A stretch of DNA of 64,000 nucleotides, taken from the IMG/VR virus record IMGVR_UViG_3300042350_002797, positions 1-64,000 of that record. One strand, given 5' to 3'. This document shows positions 44,947 through 55,632 of this stretch, piece after piece. The position numbers were made by a program, and so were the translations under genes. The notes beneath the pieces were generated by a model. That model was given only the letters and a program-made list of their open reading frames with translations. It did not search any database and was not told the DNA's origin. How positions within the stretch are numbered: the stretch's first letter is position 1; the number at the start of each line of letters is the position of its first letter.

Positions 44947-46254
44947 ATGCCGCGTTTATCATTATTTCGTCCTGAAAAGGGCAATGACTACAAATTTATA
45001 GATCGTCAGATTTCTGAAATGTTTCAAGTTGGTGGAACTGATGTTTATCTACACAAATATTTAGGTCCGAAGAATACCAGCGAAGCTGAAGCTACAGCAG
45101 ACCAACCTCATTATGACGTAGTGAAAGAAACAAATATTCAGGATCTGTTGTTTTTAGAAAATCGCGATAGAAAATACAGCGAAGATATCTATAGAATTAG
45201 AGGGCACTATCAAGTTCAGGACATTGACTTTAATTTAAGTCAGTTTGGGTTATTCTTAGATAATGATATGGTTTACATGACTGTGCATATTAACAATTTT
45301 GTAAGCACTGTCGGACGTAAGCCGTTAGCAGGTGATGTTTTTGAATTTTTACACTTAAAAGATGAATATGCATTAAACGAATTTGATACTGCTATGCCAA
45401 GATATTTTGTTATTGAAGATGTTGGTAGGGCAGCAGAAGGATTTAGTGCTACGTGGTGGCCGCACCTATATAGATTAAAATTAAAGAAAATATCCGACAG
45501 TCAACAGTATGCAGATATTTTAAACAAACCGGCTAATCAAGATGCTAATTTTGTAGGCGATTATGATAGTTCTACTACCTACCAAGTAGGTCAGATTGTA
45601 AGATACGAAGGAACACTGTACACGGTTACAGCAGAAACTACAGGTAACGTTCCTCCTAACGCTAGCTATTTTTCAGTGTACAGTGGAAATACTATCGAAA
45701 ATATTGTTAGTAATAGAGTAAAAAATTTAGAAATCAATGATGCAATTTTATCACAAGCGGAGGCAAATACTCCAAAAAGTGGTTACGAAACACAACAATT
45801 TTATACTCTAGCAATAGACACTAACACTGGACTACCTTTATTACGCACTGCTGACGAAACAGATATCGATGTTAGTCAAGAAACTAGTCATAGTCCAGAT
45901 GCTAGTGCTATTCATGCTAGACCACAAAGATCTGGTTATACTGGTTATCTATTAGGAGACGGTGTTCCTAGTAACGGCGCAGATTTTGGCCATGGTATAG
46001 CTTTTCCTACTACTGCAAGAGATGGGGACTTTTTCTTGAGAACAGATTTTTTTCCTAATAGACTGTTTAGATTCAATGGAAGCAGTTGGGTTAAAAAAGA
46101 AGATGCTGTGCGACATACATTAACTAACACTGATACTCGTTCGACACATAGGACCAGTTTTATTAATAATACTAATACTGCTGTAATAAATGACGAAGTT
46201 GTCGAAGAGCGTCAAAGTTTAAGTAAAGCATTAAAACCTAAGGCGGATTTTTAA
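44947..46254 (+). CDS. gp14: Neck protein (T4 gp14-like) with internal extension
   Basis: GGTDVYLHKY, LFLENRDRKY, LSQFGLF, WWPHLY; divergent from gp13. Confidence 0.75.
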   Translation: MPRLSLFRPEKGNDYKFIDRQISEMFQVGGTDVYLHKYLGPKNTSEAEATADQPHYDVVKETNIQDLLFLENRDRKYSEDIYRIRGHYQVQDIDFNLSQFGLFLDNDMVYMTVHINNFVSTVGRKPLAGDVFEFLHLKDEYALNEFDTAMPRYFVIEDVGRAAEGFSATWWPHLYRLKLKKISDSQQYADILNKPANQDANFVGDYDSSTTYQVGQIVRYEGTLYTVTAETTGNVPPNASYFSVYSGNTIENIVSNRVKNLEINDAILSQAEANTPKSGYETQQFYTLAIDTNTGLPLLRTADETDIDVSQETSHSPDASAIHARPQRSGYTGYLLGDGVPSNGADFGHGIAFPTTARDGDFFLRTDFFPNRLFRFNGSSWVKKEDAVRHTLTNTDTRSTHRTSFINNTNTAVINDEVVEERQSLSKALKPKADF

Positions 46255-47655
46255 ATGCAGTTTTTCTACGATGGTCAGATAAGACGTTACTTATTACAAA
46301 TAATAAGATTATTCAGTAATTTCACAGTCAAATACAGTGACGGAACTTTAAGAAGAGTTCCAGTTTCTTATGGAGATGCTGATAGACAAGCAGCATCCGT
46401 GATTAATCAAAATAGTGAAAACACTCTGGCTAGTGCTCCTAAAATTGCTGTTTATATTACTGACTTAGATTTAGACAGAACACGTTTGGGTGATCATAGT
46501 TTTGTTAGCAAAGTACACATTAGAGAACGAGATGTCGAAAACGGAAATTATACTGGAACACAAGGAGCCAATTATACTATAGAAAGATTAATGCCTACTC
46601 CGTTCATAATGACTGTAAAAGTAGACATATGGTCTACTAGCACCGAACAAAAACTGCAACTATTAGAACAAATTTTAACTTTTTTTAATCCTAGTCTTGA
46701 GATACAAAGCACTGATAATTATTTAGATTGGACTAGTTTAACTGTAGTAGAATTAGAAGATGTGGCATTTACCAGTAGAACTGTTCCTCAAGGTACAAGT
46801 ATATCTATTGACATTGCTACTATAACTTTAAAAACTCCAATCTACTTAACACCACCAGCTAAAGTTAAAAAGTTAGGAATTGTAACAAATATTATTGCCA
46901 ACGTTTTTAATTCAGGACAAGATTTAGAACCAGGATACATAGAAGGGTTAGGCATTGATACTAATGTAGGACAACAGAGTTTAACAGGATTTTTAGGATC
47001 TGAAAAAGTTAATGCAGGCAATTTATCAGTAGTAGTTTCTGGTAATGATATAAGACTCACTAATCCTACTGCAAGCTCTGGATACATAAGTTGGACTGTT
47101 TTGTTAGACATGCATCCTGGAAAATATCAAGCAGGATTAAGTAAAGTATTTTTATATCAAGAAGACGGAACCGAAGTAGTTGGCTATATTACCATAAATC
47201 CTATAACAGGAGACGAAACGGTAATGACCGCTAACTGGGATGTAGATACTTATCCAACCAATGATGCTATACCTGGGCCTTCAAGAGCATCGGCTAGTTG
47301 GGGAACGTTTGATGCCGTAGTAGATCCGCTAAATGCTGGGCCAAATGGTTCAGGACTTTCGCCTGTCGCAGGTACTAGATATCTAATAATTGACGATATT
47401 GGGCACGTTAATAATAGCGATGGAGCAGATGCATGGAAAAATTCTGACAATTCTGATTTCGTTGCCCTGGCTAACGACATAATTGAATGGGACGGCAGCG
47501 AGTGGCACATCGTATTTTCTGCTCAAGATAATTCAGATAACTTGATTTATCAAACTAATATCTATACACTAGTACAATATAAGTGGAATGGTATTAGTTG
47601 GGTAAAGAGTTTCGAAGGCGAATACCCAAGAGGCGAATGGAGACTAGAACTATAA
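46255..47655 (+). CDS. gp15: Tail terminator / sheath stabiliser (T4 gp15-like)
   Basis: FFYDGQIRRY, VPVSYGD, MPTPF, QILEQIL-type LLEQILTFFNP. Confidence 0.8.
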   Translation: MQFFYDGQIRRYLLQIIRLFSNFTVKYSDGTLRRVPVSYGDADRQAASVINQNSENTLASAPKIAVYITDLDLDRTRLGDHSFVSKVHIRERDVENGNYTGTQGANYTIERLMPTPFIMTVKVDIWSTSTEQKLQLLEQILTFFNPSLEIQSTDNYLDWTSLTVVELEDVAFTSRTVPQGTSISIDIATITLKTPIYLTPPAKVKKLGIVTNIIANVFNSGQDLEPGYIEGLGIDTNVGQQSLTGFLGSEKVNAGNLSVVVSGNDIRLTNPTASSGYISWTVLLDMHPGKYQAGLSKVFLYQEDGTEVVGYITINPITGDETVMTANWDVDTYPTNDAIPGPSRASASWGTFDAVVDPLNAGPNGSGLSPVAGTRYLIIDDIGHVNNSDGADAWKNSDNSDFVALANDIIEWDGSEWHIVFSAQDNSDNLIYQTNIYTLVQYKWNGISWVKSFEGEYPRGEWRLEL

Positions 47656-48086
47656 AAGATTCGATTGAATGCTCGGGTGCATTTATTTTTGCAAGATCGA
47701 CTCGCAGATTTTTGTTTCTACAAAAGCGTCACGGAAAGCACAGTGATAACTGGGTGCTAGTCGGAGGCACTAACAATCAGGGAGAGACTATTTTTCAAGG
47801 TTTACAAAGAGAAATAGAAGAAGAATTAGGACATGTTCCTGATATTTTAAAAACAATACCTTTAGAAAAATTCGTAAGTAATGATAGCCTTTTCAATTTT
47901 CATACATTTTTTTGTCTAGTAGAAAATGAATTTATTCCTATTTTAAGTGACGAACATCAAGCATGGGGATGGTTTCAATTAGATTCGCCTCCTAAACCTT
48001 TACATAAGGCATTGGATCTTAGTCTTCGCAATAAAATAATTCAGACTAAGATCCAATCAATCATAGATATTTCTGACAGTCTTTAA
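47637..48086 (+). CDS. Nudix hydrolase (start re-called to ATG 47637)
   Basis: Nudix box GGTNNQGETIFQGLQREIEEELG. Confidence 0.88.
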   Translation: METRTIKDSIECSGAFIFARSTRRFLFLQKRHGKHSDNWVLVGGTNNQGETIFQGLQREIEEELGHVPDILKTIPLEKFVSNDSLFNFHTFFCLVENEFIPILSDEHQAWGWFQLDSPPKPLHKALDLSLRNKIIQTKIQSIIDISDSL

Positions 48087-51000
48087 GCTTGCGCCTCACC
48101 CCAACGTAAAATAATATTAGAATTAACAGTTGTACCAGACGCTTTATAAACGTTAATTGCTAACACATCAGGCCCATTTGGATAAGTTCCTCTGCCACCC
48201 AATGTAGTATTAGTAAGTTCTTTTAATTCTGCTAGATCCAGTTCGCCGCTTTCTCCAGGTTGTGAAATAAATGAAAATACTGTTTCTCCTGGTAGTGCAT
48301 ATGGTGGTTGACCAAATCTGAAGGTAATTACTTCTGCTGGAGATTGAGCAGAAATACTAGTTTGATTAAATTGAACCCTATAGTAAGTTGTTCCATTAAA
48401 TGTTTGTTCTGTGCTTACATTACTAATTCTAGTACCTGCTGGAAAATCACTTAATAATGTAGTTGTTCCTAAAGTTGTTGTTAATGTTCCGGCTACAACT
48501 GATGTCGAAACAACAAAAGTAAATGTAGTTGCACCCACAGTTGCTACAGTCCAAGTTCCATTAAGTTTAGTCTGTTCTGTTCCTGTAGCACCTGATATAG
48601 TAATTCTATTACCTACTCCGATTACGTTAGCAGTAGCGGCTATAGTACCAGTTACAGTTGTTGTTCCGTTGCCAATAAAATTAGTTATTGTTAAACTACT
48701 ATCTATAGAAACTTCTGTACCTACTCCTGCACCATTAGTATTCACTAAATTAGTCCAGCTTGCACTAGTAAAAAAAACAAAGTTTGTGTTACCTGTACTT
48801 TGTCTTACACTTAGCTGCACGTTAGCAGCAGCATTTACTGAGCTAGTACTGTTTAAACTTGTATTGACTTGATAGTAAGGAGTGTGGCTAAAAGTTATTG
48901 TTCTACTGCCTGAAATACTAGCCGCTACTCCACTAAAGACAACTCTTGTATAAGTTATTCCTGCAAATGATCTTCCAGTGTTAATTGTATTGATCGTTCT
49001 AGGTGTAGGAAAGGTAGTTGCATCATTAGTAGTTGCTCCTACTATACTACAATCTAAAGGCAAATTATTCCAACTTGAAGAAGTAAAATATAAATTGTCT
49101 AAATTATTTGAATAAGTTCCGCCTAGACTAAAAGTAGCATTGCTATCTCTACTTGCTCCAAAAGTACTTGCACTCATTGTCAAAGTATAATATGTTCTGC
49201 CACTGGCTGAACTTGGTCCTGATACATTGGTCACATATGTTCCGCTTGGGAAGCCACCGCCGTTGATGGTCATTCCAACTGTGGAGACAGGATTTACATT
49301 GTTGGACCATTCAAAGGCTCTAGCATAATAAAGATTAGTGCCAAAGGATATATCAAATTCTAACCTCACATTACCAGTAGTAAGTTGGTCAATAGTTGTG
49401 GCTGTAGGACTGCTGCTAGCAGAAATAGTAGTAATAGTTGTTCCAGAAGGATACTTACCGTCGTTTATGGTTGATCCGGTGGTAGCACCAATACTAGTCC
49501 AACTAGCCTGCGTCGCGTAAAAGAAACTAGACCCTGATGATCTGTTAAATACCGAATTGTTGGGTACAGTTAAATTACCGTTGATATCTGTTTGTAATGT
49601 TGCTCCTGCTGTTGTTTGCGATCCACTGTTCCATGTTACTGATCCGCCGGGTGCTATTTGTGCAAAGCTAGGCTGGCCACCAGCTGCTAGACTGCTTAGT
49701 CCGCCCCACGAAATTTGGCTAGGATCAGTAGGATAGTTGCTAGGATTTAATACACCCTCAACAACTATACCACCAGACCCTGTATCAGATGTAATCGCTA
49801 TACCTTTTAACAATAGTTGCGCACGGTTTAATAATTCTCGTTCTCCTAAATCTCCAACAATAGCATTACTAATACTTGGTGCAAGTCTAATCAGAAACGC
49901 TGTCTGTTTAGTAGTACTGACTGATACACCAGTACTTGCATAACTGAAAATATATCCTCGATCTTCATCAAATAATCCGTCCATTAGGAATGCACTACCC
50001 CAATGACTAATAATTGGGCTAGTTGTACAGCTGACTAAGATTACTCCTGTATTAAATTCGTGTGTGCTTGCTGGTCCCGCAGTAAATGTTCGTAATGACC
50101 CTGCTATAAAACTAGTCAGTGATGCAGCTCTTGTACAATTTAGCAAAGTATTTCCAGATTTTCCGTTATATGAAATGAGTTCATTGTCTATATACACAAT
50201 CGCTGTCTCATTAGGAAAATCCCTAGCATCTACTAACGGTATACTAGTAGCTAGAGCACTTATAGAACTGGCTAATTTATCTCTTGCTGACTCATTATGT
50301 ACTTCGTAGCGAACAGGTTGGTTACCTGTTCTCATATAGGCTTCTGTGTTAACGTTACTATTTCTCATTCTATGAAAGAAAATAAAATTGCCGTCACTGC
50401 CTCGTAACATAAAATCAATAAAACCTACAGCATACCAAGACCATTGCATACCAATCATCTGCATTTTAGTAATATCAATGTTAAATCCGCTAGGGCCTGT
50501 TCCATCTAATCTATCAATATTAAAATCCTGTTGTTTAACTACATAATCTGATACTAGACAAATTTTAGAAGCCACAGCATCTACTGCTCCTCTATAATCT
50601 GGAGCAACAGTCATTGATGTTTGACTGGTAATACGTGTAACTACATGTGTCATTCCTTTAATAACAATTCTATCTCCTGCCTTAATCTGATCTCTAAATC
50701 TAGTATTAACTCCTGTCATTAAATTAGTATCTTTGGTAATATTGACTACACCGGCTAATTGTTGAGTAGAACTACGTCTAACCACAGCAAAATCGTTACC
50801 ATCATATTGGAAAAACAATCCATTTTGATCGTCATGTGTGCCTGCTCGGACAGTGGCGCCGTGCCATTGATACGTAGACATTAATGCATTTGGACCTAAT
50901 ACAGCAGTTGTATTCGCTAGGACTGTTTGTGCTAAGACCTTGAACTGACGTTCATTAATTATTTCAGTAACTGTATAAGTTCCGTTGTAACCAAAAGTTT

Positions 51001-54000
51001 CAATTCCTATAATTTTTATTCTACTACCAATTTGTAATCCATGATCAACATCATCCATTACAAAAGTAATATCCGATCCTATAGTTACATCTTCTGCTGT
51101 AGCACTTTGAATGTTTACACTAGGTGCAAACAAAGCGCCTGTACAGTAATTTACACCTTTACCTGATTGATAACGAATATATTTTTTACTCATACGAATC
51201 GCTTGCGAACCGTGCTGTGGACCGCCTGTGCCTAACTGTACACCACCATCATATGGTCGATGTACAAAGTATGCATCAGATCGTGTATAAATTGTTCCGG
51301 TAAGAGCAACTGCTGTATCAACAGTTCCAGCAGTTCTTGCTGTATACCTTAAACTTGTTACAGAAGGAACTTGCTCTACAAAAAATGGCCCTGCTGCTAA
51401 TGAATGATTAGATCCGGCGCTGGTTATCCGTGTTGTTATACTTGCTCCTGGAAGTAATCCATGAGCTGTAGAAAAACTAACCTCTATTAACGCTATTCCA
51501 CTATAATTTAAAGTTGTACTTGTTGGAATAGTTGCTGTTGTTACACTGCTTAATAAAAGAACAGAATAAAATGATATGCTACTACCTAATGTAGCTGTTC
51601 CAGTTACTACGGCTGCTGAACTCACTCCAGACCCACTTATTCCTGATACCGAGATAATTAAGTCGTTAGTCGGACTGGTGCCTCCTAAACTTGTTCCTAG
51701 AATTAGTATTCTATTTCCTACTCTATAATTTGTTCCAGCCGCAGAGACTGCACTAACTGTATAAGATCCCGCAGATTTACTAATAGTAAATTGTGCTCCT
51801 GATCCATTATTAGCTACGTTATTTGCGGTTAAAGATGTAAATGTAGCATCAGTGCCTACAGCGTTACCGTCATAGCTAAATGACACAATCGATCCGCTTA
51901 CACCTAAAGTTATCACAGTAATTTCTAAATCATTAGCAGGACTAGCGCCACCTAAGTTTGTACCTAAAATTGTAATTACATCACCAATATTATAATCAAT
52001 ACCAGAATTATTCAAAGAAACGGCATAAGTACCTGCTGAAGAATCGCCTAAATCACTGCGTAGAATATTCCAAGTAGCACCTGTTCCTGTTGCTGTTGAA
52101 TCTATAGCTGTAACAAAATCTTGAGATACATTGCTATAAGTAAATGTTTTTACTACTGAAGTTCCAGTAAAAGTTATGGCAGTAATTTCACCTGCTCCTC
52201 CTATACTAGAGACTGTAACTGTTATATCATTAGTTGGACTTGTACCTTCTAAGAATGTACCTTCTATCGTAAGTTGGTCACCAATATTATAACCTGTTCC
52301 TGCATTGTTTATGACCACTGTATCATAAACGTTGTTAGTTCGTGTAACATTAAAGGTAGCACTAGTTCCTGAAGCTGCTACAGTAGTACCTGATACAGAC
52401 AAATAGCTAGCAGTGCCTCCGGTAAACCCTGTTGTTGTTGGTCCTGATAACGATACTGTTGATCCTACTATCTGAGTAACAAATATAGAAGTGCCTGAAC
52501 CATTATCAATAGCAGATCCTTCTACTATTCCAGAAACTGAATCAAATATAATACTAGTAGCACCTGAACTAACAGTTGTATTCACAGTCTGAGTTGCAAC
52601 TACACCACCAGATCCTATCACTCCTGATACTTGTGTACCAGTATCTATACCTGTTCCGGTTATTGGAGATCCAGTTGAAGGAGCGGTGCCAGTAAAGGCT
52701 AATCTATTAGAAGATATTGTTGTAGAAAAAACTGTATTAATTGTGCCAGTAGTACCATTAGAAAACACGCTGAATACTGGATTACCAACAGGTGCTCCTG
52801 TATAAAATTCTGCTTTTCTTAACTGTGTATATGTAGTTGCTAGCACTTGACCATTGCTACTTCCTACTTTAGCTGTGGCATAATAAGTAAATGTTGTTGC
52901 GCTAGGAACAGAATTCACTAAAAAAGTGCCTTCGGCTCTACTAAATCCTGTAATAGTATTTGCTAATGCTTTAATTGTAAAAGGCATACCTACTGTAAAT
53001 CCATGTGCTCCAGCAGTAGTCACTGTAATCAGACTAGAACCTACACCAGTAATTGCATTACCAGTACTAGCATCAGTAGTAACATTTAGTACAGAAGTAT
53101 CTGATCCTGGTACTTCATATGAACTAGGATATCCTCGTAAAAGACCAATGGCTTGCCATTTAGTAGGCTGTAGTCCATATTCAAAGTCAGCATCAAGCAT
53201 ACTCTGAGATGCAGCAACTCGCATACGTTCGATTGCATCTGTTCCGTAATCGTATGGCCGTACTCTAGTTTCCTTTTCTTCTACAAAAATTTGTATGTCA
53301 TCAAACGCTGTCGCAGTAGACGTATCTGCTTCTAAATAAATTGTAGTTACGTAATCTGCACGATCTCTAAATGCTCCAAAATTATCATCTTTATAGAAAA
53401 AATTACTAACATAACCTGTGTCTACTATAACCGATGCCCCTAAACTTGGTGCAGCAAAATTAAAAAGAACTGTATTGCTGGTCGAGTTAGTAATTAAAAG
53501 TAAGTCATTTATATCAAATTTGCCTAAAAGTCTAATTGTAGAAACTCCATTAGACAATACAGGTAAACTGCTTAATCCGTTTTGTAAAACTGCTATAAAA
53601 CTGTTAGATAATGATGTGATTCTTGATGCTGCGCCAGCTTCGCCAGCTGTTCCAGTAGTGACTTGAGCTTCCGTCACAGGACTTTGTTCTGAAGTATAAA
53701 CTGATTTAGTAATTACGTAGTTATTAATTAAATTACGTACAAATGTTTGTGCAGTAATTTCAGGTAACCGATCTCCGCTTAGTTGTGAAACACTGCCATT
53801 CCAGAATCTTGATGAAATGTAGTAAGTCTTAGCATTACCTCCATATCTTAAATCATGCAAGTAAGCATCTATAACTAATCCTATGTCTCGATCACATTTA
53901 GAGTCATCATACACATACCCAGCGTAATTGTAAACTGATGAAACAACAGCAGGTAGTGTAGACAAGCCGCCATCTATAACATCTATAATAATAGGTTTTA

Positions 54001-54583
54001 AATTGTTAGTGATAGAAGTAGCAACACCTGCTTCAGCATTTGCACCTGTTAAATTTTGAGTGCTTGTTACAGGACTTTGATCACTAGAGTAAGCTACACC
54101 TGGTAAGATATAATCTGTGATGATTGTAAATATTTGTTCAAATCCTAAAATTTCCTGGGTAGGACTTATGAGTTGTGCTACACCACCTTGCCAAAAATTT
54201 CTAGCAATGTCAATAGTTTTTTCGTTACCACCATATCTGACATCATATGTAATTGCATCGAGTAGCAATCCTGTGTCTCTTCTACACGAAGCTTCACTGT
54301 AAGTGTATCCGGACCAAATAGGGCCGCCGCCTGCTACTTGTGCTGCTACCCAAGCAATAATTTCATCTATTATGAATTGTTTATTATTAGTTAATCTTAG
54401 TACTGCGTTAGGATAAAGATTTTCAGCATTATCTTCTGTTATTCTAGCATTAATGTACGCAACTGCTTCTGCTTTAATAAATTCTTTATTTGATTGAATC
54501 AAAGCATATGCATTAGGATAGGCGTTAGAGGAGTATGATACCCCTGGTGAAAATACATAGTCGTCTATCTTTCTTTTTCCCAT
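48083..54583 (-). CDS. Very large virion structural / tail-fibre protein (2166 aa)
   Basis: Two helical repeats C.RD.GL..DA...D.RYGGN.KT, DADFEYGLQPTKW domain, long S/T/G-rich beta repeats. Confidence 0.75.
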   Translation of the reverse strand: MGKRKIDDYVFSPGVSYSSNAYPNAYALIQSNKEFIKAEAVAYINARITEDNAENLYPNAVLRLTNNKQFIIDEIIAWVAAQVAGGGPIWSGYTYSEASCRRDTGLLLDAITYDVRYGGNEKTIDIARNFWQGGVAQLISPTQEILGFEQIFTIITDYILPGVAYSSDQSPVTSTQNLTGANAEAGVATSITNNLKPIIIDVIDGGLSTLPAVVSSVYNYAGYVYDDSKCDRDIGLVIDAYLHDLRYGGNAKTYYISSRFWNGSVSQLSGDRLPEITAQTFVRNLINNYVITKSVYTSEQSPVTEAQVTTGTAGEAGAASRITSLSNSFIAVLQNGLSSLPVLSNGVSTIRLLGKFDINDLLLITNSTSNTVLFNFAAPSLGASVIVDTGYVSNFFYKDDNFGAFRDRADYVTTIYLEADTSTATAFDDIQIFVEEKETRVRPYDYGTDAIERMRVAASQSMLDADFEYGLQPTKWQAIGLLRGYPSSYEVPGSDTSVLNVTTDASTGNAITGVGSSLITVTTAGAHGFTVGMPFTIKALANTITGFSRAEGTFLVNSVPSATTFTYYATAKVGSSNGQVLATTYTQLRKAEFYTGAPVGNPVFSVFSNGTTGTINTVFSTTISSNRLAFTGTAPSTGSPITGTGIDTGTQVSGVIGSGGVVATQTVNTTVSSGATSIIFDSVSGIVEGSAIDNGSGTSIFVTQIVGSTVSLSGPTTTGFTGGTASYLSVSGTTVAASGTSATFNVTRTNNVYDTVVINNAGTGYNIGDQLTIEGTFLEGTSPTNDITVTVSSIGGAGEITAITFTGTSVVKTFTYSNVSQDFVTAIDSTATGTGATWNILRSDLGDSSAGTYAVSLNNSGIDYNIGDVITILGTNLGGASPANDLEITVITLGVSGSIVSFSYDGNAVGTDATFTSLTANNVANNGSGAQFTISKSAGSYTVSAVSAAGTNYRVGNRILILGTSLGGTSPTNDLIISVSGISGSGVSSAAVVTGTATLGSSISFYSVLLLSSVTTATIPTSTTLNYSGIALIEVSFSTAHGLLPGASITTRITSAGSNHSLAAGPFFVEQVPSVTSLRYTARTAGTVDTAVALTGTIYTRSDAYFVHRPYDGGVQLGTGGPQHGSQAIRMSKKYIRYQSGKGVNYCTGALFAPSVNIQSATAEDVTIGSDITFVMDDVDHGLQIGSRIKIIGIETFGYNGTYTVTEIINERQFKVLAQTVLANTTAVLGPNALMSTYQWHGATVRAGTHDDQNGLFFQYDGNDFAVVRRSSTQQLAGVVNITKDTNLMTGVNTRFRDQIKAGDRIVIKGMTHVVTRITSQTSMTVAPDYRGAVDAVASKICLVSDYVVKQQDFNIDRLDGTGPSGFNIDITKMQMIGMQWSWYAVGFIDFMLRGSDGNFIFFHRMRNSNVNTEAYMRTGNQPVRYEVHNESARDKLASSISALATSIPLVDARDFPNETAIVYIDNELISYNGKSGNTLLNCTRAASLTSFIAGSLRTFTAGPASTHEFNTGVILVSCTTSPIISHWGSAFLMDGLFDEDRGYIFSYASTGVSVSTTKQTAFLIRLAPSISNAIVGDLGERELLNRAQLLLKGIAITSDTGSGGIVVEGVLNPSNYPTDPSQISWGGLSSLAAGGQPSFAQIAPGGSVTWNSGSQTTAGATLQTDINGNLTVPNNSVFNRSSGSSFFYATQASWTSIGATTGSTINDGKYPSGTTITTISASSSPTATTIDQLTTGNVRLEFDISFGTNLYYARAFEWSNNVNPVSTVGMTINGGGFPSGTYVTNVSGPSSASGRTYYTLTMSASTFGASRDSNATFSLGGTYSNNLDNLYFTSSSWNNLPLDCSIVGATTNDATTFPTPRTINTINTGRSFAGITYTRVVFSGVAASISGSRTITFSHTPYYQVNTSLNSTSSVNAAANVQLSVRQSTGNTNFVFFTSASWTNLVNTNGAGVGTEVSIDSSLTITNFIGNGTTTVTGTIAATANVIGVGNRITISGATGTEQTKLNGTWTVATVGATTFTFVVSTSVVAGTLTTTLGTTTLLSDFPAGTRISNVSTEQTFNGTTYYRVQFNQTSISAQSPAEVITFRFGQPPYALPGETVFSFISQPGESGELDLAELKELTNTTLGGRGTYPNGPDVLAINVYKASGTTVNSNIILRWGEAQA

Positions 54584-54594
54584 TTATTTCTCCG

Positions 54595-55578
54595 TTATCC
54601 GCCTAATGCTATTGCTAAGGCGGCAGCTATATTGTCGACGTAATCTTTACGTGTTGCTTTAGATGCATCCGACGGTGCATCGTTGATTGTAACTTCGTCT
54701 ACTGTTATGTTTGTTGTAGATATGCTAGTTGCCGTTAAAGTTGTTATTGTACTAGTCGAAGCTGTTAGATCTGTGAATATAGCTTCGCCGGCTACTGTTT
54801 GACCAATATTAACATTATCAATAGTTCCTACGCTAGATGGATTTATAGTAATCGAGCCTGATACACCTGTAGGTGAAATATTGATAGTTGCATTATTACC
54901 AGAAAATGTTACATTATCGGCTACTTGTAAACTATTTAGATTGGCTAATCCGGTGGTAGCTACTGTAGTAAATGAGCCACTACTAGGAACTGTTGTTCCG
55001 ATGCTCATATTGTTAATTTCGCCTGGACTTCCTGTTTTATTAGTTATTGATATAACACCATCTAGAACAGTTAAATTATTTTGTCCAACTAATAAGTTAG
55101 TAGCAGTTAACGTGTCTGATACTTCAAATCCATATTCAGATTTTAGCGGACTTTGTATAATAGTAGTCGGTCCAGAATAAGGAGATAGTTCTCCTATAGT
55201 TTCTGTATAATTAGCTCTGAATATTAATTTTGCGCCTTGGAATTCTGTAGCTGCTGTAGCCAGTAAAGTTACATAACTGTTATTGACAGCTACAGAGAAT
55301 GTAGCAACATTAGTTGCTGTACCTACTCTTCCATAGTTTAAAATATTAACAGTATTAGGACTAGCTGTTAATAATATTTTTAAAGTTTCTTTTACATTGC
55401 TGCTATACTCTATAGTAATAGTATAGTCTGCACTAGAAAAATCGCCAACAAACCACCTATCTATTTCTGTATTGTTGAATACCTGAATCCACTTGCCTTT
55501 ATGAGACCAAGCAGTTCCAGACTTTATTCTTAAAGTTGAATTAGGGCCTTGACTAAAATAGTCCGAAAATGTTAACAT
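54595..55578 (-). CDS. Tail-fibre-associated structural protein
   Basis: S/T-rich, INNMSIG / IDNVNIG repeats, ATRKDYVD motif. Confidence 0.6.
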   Translation of the reverse strand: MLTFSDYFSQGPNSTLRIKSGTAWSHKGKWIQVFNNTEIDRWFVGDFSSADYTITIEYSSNVKETLKILLTASPNTVNILNYGRVGTATNVATFSVAVNNSYVTLLATAATEFQGAKLIFRANYTETIGELSPYSGPTTIIQSPLKSEYGFEVSDTLTATNLLVGQNNLTVLDGVISITNKTGSPGEINNMSIGTTVPSSGSFTTVATTGLANLNSLQVADNVTFSGNNATINISPTGVSGSITINPSSVGTIDNVNIGQTVAGEAIFTDLTASTSTITTLTATSISTTNITVDEVTINDAPSDASKATRKDYVDNIAAALAIALGG

Positions 55579-55632
55579 TTAAATCTACCAATATAACAGT
55601 ATTTATCACAAAATATATCGGCAAACCAATGC

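Noticed and set aside
6994-54583. Possible stop-codon reassignment, as in some jumbo phages
   Set aside because: Conserved genes (helicase, terminase, sheath, UvsX) are full length in the standard code and all three stops are used as terminators.
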